Shown here one piece after another: positions 59,350-64,000 of a stretch of 64,000 bases of DNA. The DNA is from an uncultured virus (IMG/VR IMGVR_UViG_3300044641_005543) (Duplodnaviria; Heunggongvirae; Uroviricota; Caudoviricetes): IMG/VR virus record IMGVR_UViG_3300044641_005543; one strand, 5' to 3'. Position 1 is the stretch's first letter, and each line of letters begins with the position of its first letter. Both the position numbers and the translations under genes were made by a program. Below the pieces are notes generated by a model, which was given only the letters and a program-made list of their open reading frames with translations, ran no database searches and was not told where the DNA came from.

Positions 59350-60793
59350 TTTCTGTTTGTTGTGAGCCAAATTGCTTATCATTAGTAACAAATCCTCCAT
59401 TATTATTCATAATTTCTATTCTTGTTTTACCTTCTATAATTTTTGCACACCAACCCTTCATATGACAATTAATATAGTCATTATCCTCTATTCCTGGTCC
59501 GTGTCTACTAATTACAGGAATCAGTTTTCTGTTTCCAGAATCAGAACCATCATCCGCTATTTCTTCATCGGATTTACGTTTAAAAATGGTAAAATTGCTA
59601 CACAACCATATAATTCTGTCTGATCCTGATGCTGTGTCGGTTGTTTCTTTTGTAATACCATCCCTATTTAATTGAACAAATGCGACAATTGGTAATTGAT
59701 ATTTACACGCAAAATTATGTAAACTCGTCATCATAAAACCCAAAACTTGATATTCTTTCATATCTTGACCAATGCCCTGACTATCCATAAGTTTCAAATA
59801 GTCATAAAAAATCACACAAGGTTTAGCAGATCCATCAGTATTTAAGCCGACCTCCTTAACTATCCATCTTTTCATAATAGATAATTGTTCATCAAACGGC
59901 TTACCCGCTATCGGTTTATAAAACAAAGGAGTCTCTTTTAATTCTTCAACAGCTTTGTTTACTTTATCTATCATTACAGTAGAATCTGTAAATTTACCAG
60001 TTTCTATTTTTGATATTTCTATTTCTGTAATCATGGCTATTAGCCTGTTTAGATGATCTTCTTTTGTCATTTCTGTATCAAGATTTAAAACTGGAATTTT
60101 TAACTTATTAGCAATATAAAATCCCATATTATCAGCTAATAGCGTTTTGCCTGTTTTTGGTCTAGCTGCTATGACATTGATTGTGCTTTTTCTTAATCCT
60201 CCACCTATAGCAGAATCATATACTGGGAATCCAGTTGAAATACCAACTTGTTTAATCGGATTATTAATTAGATTGTCTATATAGGCTTCTAAATCTGTGG
60301 CGACGTGTGCTGGACCATTATCGCTGTCTGTTAATTTAGAAGAAAAATTGAAAATACCATCCTCTGCAATGCTTAAGATTTGAGTGATACTTTCTTGTCC
60401 GGATACTTCTAAGATTTTATCTTTGGTTTCTTCTAATTCATTATAAAGCTTTCTGGCTATCTCTAGTTTTTTAATTTTTGCGGCGAAAGTTGTTGCATTG
60501 GCTTTATTGGCTGGAAAATCTAATATAGCCTTCAAGTGTTGAACTTCTTCTTTTCTTTGAAGAATATGATCAACGCCAATATCTTTAGCTGCTGAGTATA
60601 AAATACCAATATCTATAATAGTATTGGCATTTTGTTCTAGTATATGCTTTAGGCACTGAAATATAATTTTATTACTATCTATAGTAAATGTGGTTTCAGA
60701 AATTAGATCAGAAATTTCTAAAAATACAGATTCTCCATATTGACATATGGTAGATAGTAAGGCTCTTTCAGCGGAAGGGTCTGATAGTATCAT
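59327..60793 (-). CDS. dnaB: replicative DNA helicase
   Basis: AARPKTGKT, DTEM, DYLKLM and QLNR motifs. Confidence 0.92.
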   Translation of the reverse strand: MILSDPSAERALLSTICQYGESVFLEISDLISETTFTIDSNKIIFQCLKHILEQNANTIIDIGILYSAAKDIGVDHILQRKEEVQHLKAILDFPANKANATTFAAKIKKLEIARKLYNELEETKDKILEVSGQESITQILSIAEDGIFNFSSKLTDSDNGPAHVATDLEAYIDNLINNPIKQVGISTGFPVYDSAIGGGLRKSTINVIAARPKTGKTLLADNMGFYIANKLKIPVLNLDTEMTKEDHLNRLIAMITEIEISKIETGKFTDSTVMIDKVNKAVEELKETPLFYKPIAGKPFDEQLSIMKRWIVKEVGLNTDGSAKPCVIFYDYLKLMDSQGIGQDMKEYQVLGFMMTSLHNFACKYQLPIVAFVQLNRDGITKETTDTASGSDRIIWLCSNFTIFKRKSDEEIADDGSDSGNRKLIPVISRHGPGIEDNDYINCHMKGWCAKIIEGKTRIEIMNNNGGFVTNDKQFGSQQTENEKIDFI

Positions 60794-60800
60794 TATGGTC

Positions 60801-61169
60801 TCAACCTGGAGATGAGGAACACCTATTACATTTATATCTGTCTGGCGACTCATACAAAACAGCAGGATTTATAGACTCAGATCTTCCACAAACCCTGCAC
60901 TTGACATCTATTGTTTTAAATTGTCTATTGCGTGGTGTTGGAGGATTTTTTTGTAGCATCTTATCTATTGCTACGTCTTCCTTATGTAAATTATGAAAAC
61001 CCAGAGAAATGAACTTATTTTCTGTCTTTGGTTCATTTCGTTTAATGGGTTTGATCTGATGTTCTAAATCTGATTGTGTTGGTGTCGTAGGGCTAGTCTT
61101 ATTTTCAGAAGACAATCCTTTTTGTAATATAGCGATTAATTGTTTAATATCATCATTATCAAGAGGCAT
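60801..61169 (-). CDS. hypothetical protein with C-terminal zinc ribbon
   Basis: CRVC...CNRC. Confidence 0.65.
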   Translation of the reverse strand: MPLDNDDIKQLIAILQKGLSSENKTSPTTPTQSDLEHQIKPIKRNEPKTENKFISLGFHNLHKEDVAIDKMLQKNPPTPRNRQFKTIDVKCRVCGRSESINPAVLYESPDRYKCNRCSSSPG

Positions 61170-61665
61170 GTTTCACCTTTATTTTTTGTACTGAAAGTAT
61201 AACATCAGATAAGTTTTTAATACCATTAGCCAGATATGATAATCTGTCCATTCTCTGTTTTGCGTATTTTTGTATTTTATGCAATGACTGTGCCTTGTCA
61301 TTATGTTTAATTGCTTGGTAAGATTTTTCTAAATACCCATAACCTTTATAATTATTAATCTCGTCCGCAATCGTCTCCTTCACCGTTTCTTCTGCCCAAT
61401 TATATCTAGCGATTTCTCTATTTAATGTTCTTTGTAAGTAAAAAGAGTATTGTGCTAGTCTATAAGATATTTGAGCACAATCTTCAGGAGTTAATTTTTC
61501 AATTTGATCCCTACTCATTGTGAAATATATATTGAGTTCTTGATCATTAAATCCGTGTGTGTTTTGATATTGACCAAGACCTATTGATGACTCATATTCA
61601 TCTAATACTTTATCCCATTGTTCGACTTGTTCTTTAGTTGTTTGCAACGATATGCTCCCATTCAT
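61159..61665 (-). CDS. helical protein, possible recombination mediator (UvsY-like)
   Basis: coiled coil near recA; function inferred from context only. Confidence 0.4.
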   Translation of the reverse strand: MNGSISLQTTKEQVEQWDKVLDEYESSIGLGQYQNTHGFNDQELNIYFTMSRDQIEKLTPEDCAQISYRLAQYSFYLQRTLNREIARYNWAEETVKETIADEINNYKGYGYLEKSYQAIKHNDKAQSLHKIQKYAKQRMDRLSYLANGIKNLSDVILSVQKIKVKHAS

Positions 61666-62035
61666 TAATAGTATTATAAGCTAGTTCTATATATGATATA
61701 CCATTAACACGACACCATTCGCATTTATCTTTATCTCTCTTTTGTGCTTTTAAGAAAGACAATTTATTATTATGATAAAAGGATGAAAATGCGTAATGCT
61801 GTTCACCATGCACTTCTATGCATTTACGATTTAGTGGTAAATAAAAATCTAAATATAAAACTTCTGATTTTCTGACATGTACTGGAACTTCCTCTAAAAT
61901 TTGCATTGTGGGATATATTTTTTTAAGTACTTCTCTGGCTTTAATATGATAACTAGACTTATGCTGATAAGATTTACTCATATTACCAGTTAATTGCCAA
62001 ATAGAACTATTACCGTCCAAATCAATCACATTCAT
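61634..62035 (-). CDS. DUF559/Vsr-like endonuclease
   Basis: LDFYLP...IEVHGEQHY...RD..K motif. Confidence 0.75.
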   Translation of the reverse strand: MNVIDLDGNSSIWQLTGNMSKSYQHKSSYHIKAREVLKKIYPTMQILEEVPVHVRKSEVLYLDFYLPLNRKCIEVHGEQHYAFSSFYHNNKLSFLKAQKRDKDKCEWCRVNGISYIELAYNTINEWEHIVANN

Positions 62036-63045
62036 TATATACCCATAGTCTTTTTGACTTCCTGATAAAGATTTTCATAAATATCTTTATTTTCAATTAG
62101 AAAGTTTCTGACCTTTTCTGTTCCTTGAAATTTGTTCTTATCGTCATTCATAAACGATAGTGTGTACCAAGCTCCACCCTTATTAATTAGTCCTATATCC
62201 ACAGCAAGATTGATAAGCTCCATTTCTTTATCAATACCTTTACCATATCTAATAAAAGATGTGATATTACCACCGGGAGGACCTAATGCTGAACACATAG
62301 TTTGCCATTCAACTTCTTGACCTATTTGAGTATTGTCTGTACCTAATAACCAAGGTTTAAAACTTTTGGCCCTAAGCTTAATATCTGTTTGATAAGCTAT
62401 TGCCTGCCCACTCTTTTCTTTAAATTCTGCACCATATCCAGTTGGATTACCCATAAGATGGGTTATGCCAATAACAATATTTTTATTAACAGGAATCACA
62501 TTGGCAACTTTTCTACAAAATTTTGCTAATAGTTTTGCCCCATCTGCTCTTTGCATCTTATCCATATCACTGGTAATTTCTGCCTCAGTACACAAAGCTG
62601 AATAAGAGTCTATTATTAGTACAGATCCAGGATCTTCATTAATAATTCTTTCGCCAATTTGTAGATATTCTTCTGCGTGTAAAATTTTACCTGTTTGAGA
62701 CCCTATAACATCAAATTTATCTAAATTTAGATTCGGTATGCCCTCAATATCTCTTTTTTTCAATCTTCCTTCAATATTCAAGTAATATACATTTCTAGGC
62801 TCTGAACCAATTGCATATTCTTCTCTTTGTGAGGTAGCGGCGAAGTCTAAACTCGTTGTTGTTTTTCCGCACTTCGGTTGACCTGTTAATACAACAAAAC
62901 TACCTTCTGGAATACCTCCATTTAATATTAAGTCTAGTGCTGGACTTACTGGTATAACTATATTTTTTTTATCAATAATGCTATTAGCTGATAAAATTAT
63001 ATCATTACCAAAATCTTTTTTTATACTATCTTGAATTGCTACCAT
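62035..63045 (-). CDS. recA: RecA/UvsX-like recombinase
   Basis: LDLILNGGIP, GQPKCGKTT, IIDS and GAWY motifs. Confidence 0.9.
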   Translation of the reverse strand: MVAIQDSIKKDFGNDIILSANSIIDKKNIVIPVSPALDLILNGGIPEGSFVVLTGQPKCGKTTTSLDFAATSQREEYAIGSEPRNVYYLNIEGRLKKRDIEGIPNLNLDKFDVIGSQTGKILHAEEYLQIGERIINEDPGSVLIIDSYSALCTEAEITSDMDKMQRADGAKLLAKFCRKVANVIPVNKNIVIGITHLMGNPTGYGAEFKEKSGQAIAYQTDIKLRAKSFKPWLLGTDNTQIGQEVEWQTMCSALGPPGGNITSFIRYGKGIDKEMELINLAVDIGLINKGGAWYTLSFMNDDKNKFQGTEKVRNFLIENKDIYENLYQEVKKTMGI

Positions 63046-63460
63046 TGTCTATGTCCTTTAATTTGTCTAGAATATTTTTTTTATGGCCGGAGTTTTGCTT
63101 ACCTTCTTGAAGAAAGTTTCTATCAACAGGTGGTTTGTGCGTATGATCTTTTTGCGAAAGCTCTTTCTTCGCTTGCCTATCTACTATATCGATCAGGTGA
63201 GGCGCTCGCAATGAATAAATTTTTACGCCATCACTAGTGGATAATGCGCTAATTATAGTTTTTGGATTATATTTTTTTAATAACTTATGCGCAGTAGCAA
63301 TTTGTCCTTTATATTCTTTTTCCCATTCTGATGAAACCCAAAATCTATAATGTAAATCCTTTTTATTTTTTTTTGCTATTCTTTCACATATAATCTCAGT
63401 AATGAATTGGGCAGCAGTGACAGTTTTACCATTAGAATACTTAGATGGATACTTGTTCAT
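63026..63460 (-). CDS. hypothetical protein
   Basis: overlapping member of the operon. Confidence 0.65.
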   Translation of the reverse strand: MNKYPSKYSNGKTVTAAQFITEIICERIAKKNKKDLHYRFWVSSEWEKEYKGQIATAHKLLKKYNPKTIISALSTSDGVKIYSLRAPHLIDIVDRQAKKELSQKDHTHKPPVDRNFLQEGKQNSGHKKNILDKLKDIDNGSNSR

Positions 63461-63786
63461 TTATTTGGCTTAAAAATATGATCCTGTGATCTTCCTTGAT
63501 GATTAAATTTCTTTTTTGCATTATCATTGAATGCTGACGCTTCTCTAGTCATAATAGAGACATTATTGGTTTGTTTGTCTCTGGTGTGTCTTATCATTAA
63601 TTCTTTAGATGATTTTACAGGTTCACTTTTGGTTGCAAGTGTATTTGTATTTTGCACATGATGTTTTTCTATATGCTCTTTTACGGTATCAATTTGTAAA
63701 TTTAATTCTTCTGCTATTTCGTCGATTGATTTATTATTACTATATAGCCAATTAATAGCATATGTCGTTGATTTAGATAATTTCAT
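63457..63786 (-). CDS. HTH-containing hypothetical protein
   Basis: KSIDEIAEELNLQIDTVKEHI helix-turn-helix pattern. Confidence 0.6.
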   Translation of the reverse strand: MKLSKSTTYAINWLYSNNKSIDEIAEELNLQIDTVKEHIEKHHVQNTNTLATKSEPVKSSKELMIRHTRDKQTNNVSIMTREASAFNDNAKKKFNHQGRSQDHIFKPNK

Positions 63787-64000
63787 TTAATTTAACTCCC
63801 TTTCGGCATTGGTTAGCCAAGCCCTATTTTTTGTTCTTAAAAACGTCAAATACATCTCAAATACTTTGGCATTGACTTGTTTAAAGTCCCAAGCCTTTTT
63901 GCCAGTTTTTGCTAAAAATTTAGCACCTGTTCCTTCTGAGTATAGTCCGATTGGATCATAGATCTTACCGTATAATCCGGTTTTGATAAAAAATTTGGTA
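63787..64000 (-). CDS. hypothetical protein, C-terminal part (start outside the window)
   Basis: open frame from the right edge ending ...AWLTNAERELN*. Confidence 0.6.
   Translation of the reverse strand, partial: TKFFIKTGLYGKIYDPIGLYSEGTGAKFLAKTGKKAWDFKQVNAKVFEMYLTFLRTKNRAWLTNAERELN

Noticed and set aside
1..64000. tRNA, rRNA, integrase or transposase genes
   Set aside because: None was recognised by eye; a tRNAscan-SE or Infernal run is needed to exclude them formally.

Overview
The window is part of a large tailed dsDNA bacteriophage (Caudoviricetes; a tail tube and a 2168-aa tape measure are present, and no sheath was recognised). It has three zones. (1) 1-~8.9 kb: a visibly more GC-rich, leftward-transcribed array of small unknown genes that resembles an early/host-takeover region. 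It is punctuated by seven copies of a 44-bp double-palindrome element (CTGCCA-TTT-TGGCAG, N14, CTGCCA-TTT-TGGCAG) and carries about 16 sigma70-type promoters (most with a CCGATA motif), six sigma54-like sites and a candidate ~200-nt structured RNA. (2) ~9-44.8 kb, mostly + strand: Cys-rich paralogous fibre-like proteins, a thioredoxin, a phage sigma factor, HNH and ERCC4 nucleases, TerL, portal, protease with nested scaffold, decoration protein, major capsid, neck, tail tube, chaperones, tape measure and Cys-rich tail-tip proteins. Several transcription units there are preceded by a GGTGTA motif. (3) 44.8-64 kb, - strand: a glycosyltransferase cluster and a replication/recombination module (SSB, intein-free split DnaE around a 3'-5' exonuclease, Cas4-like nuclease, dNMP kinase, primase, DnaB, RecA). 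All product calls come from motifs and synteny read by eye; no database search was run. A Planctomycetota host is only a weak inference.
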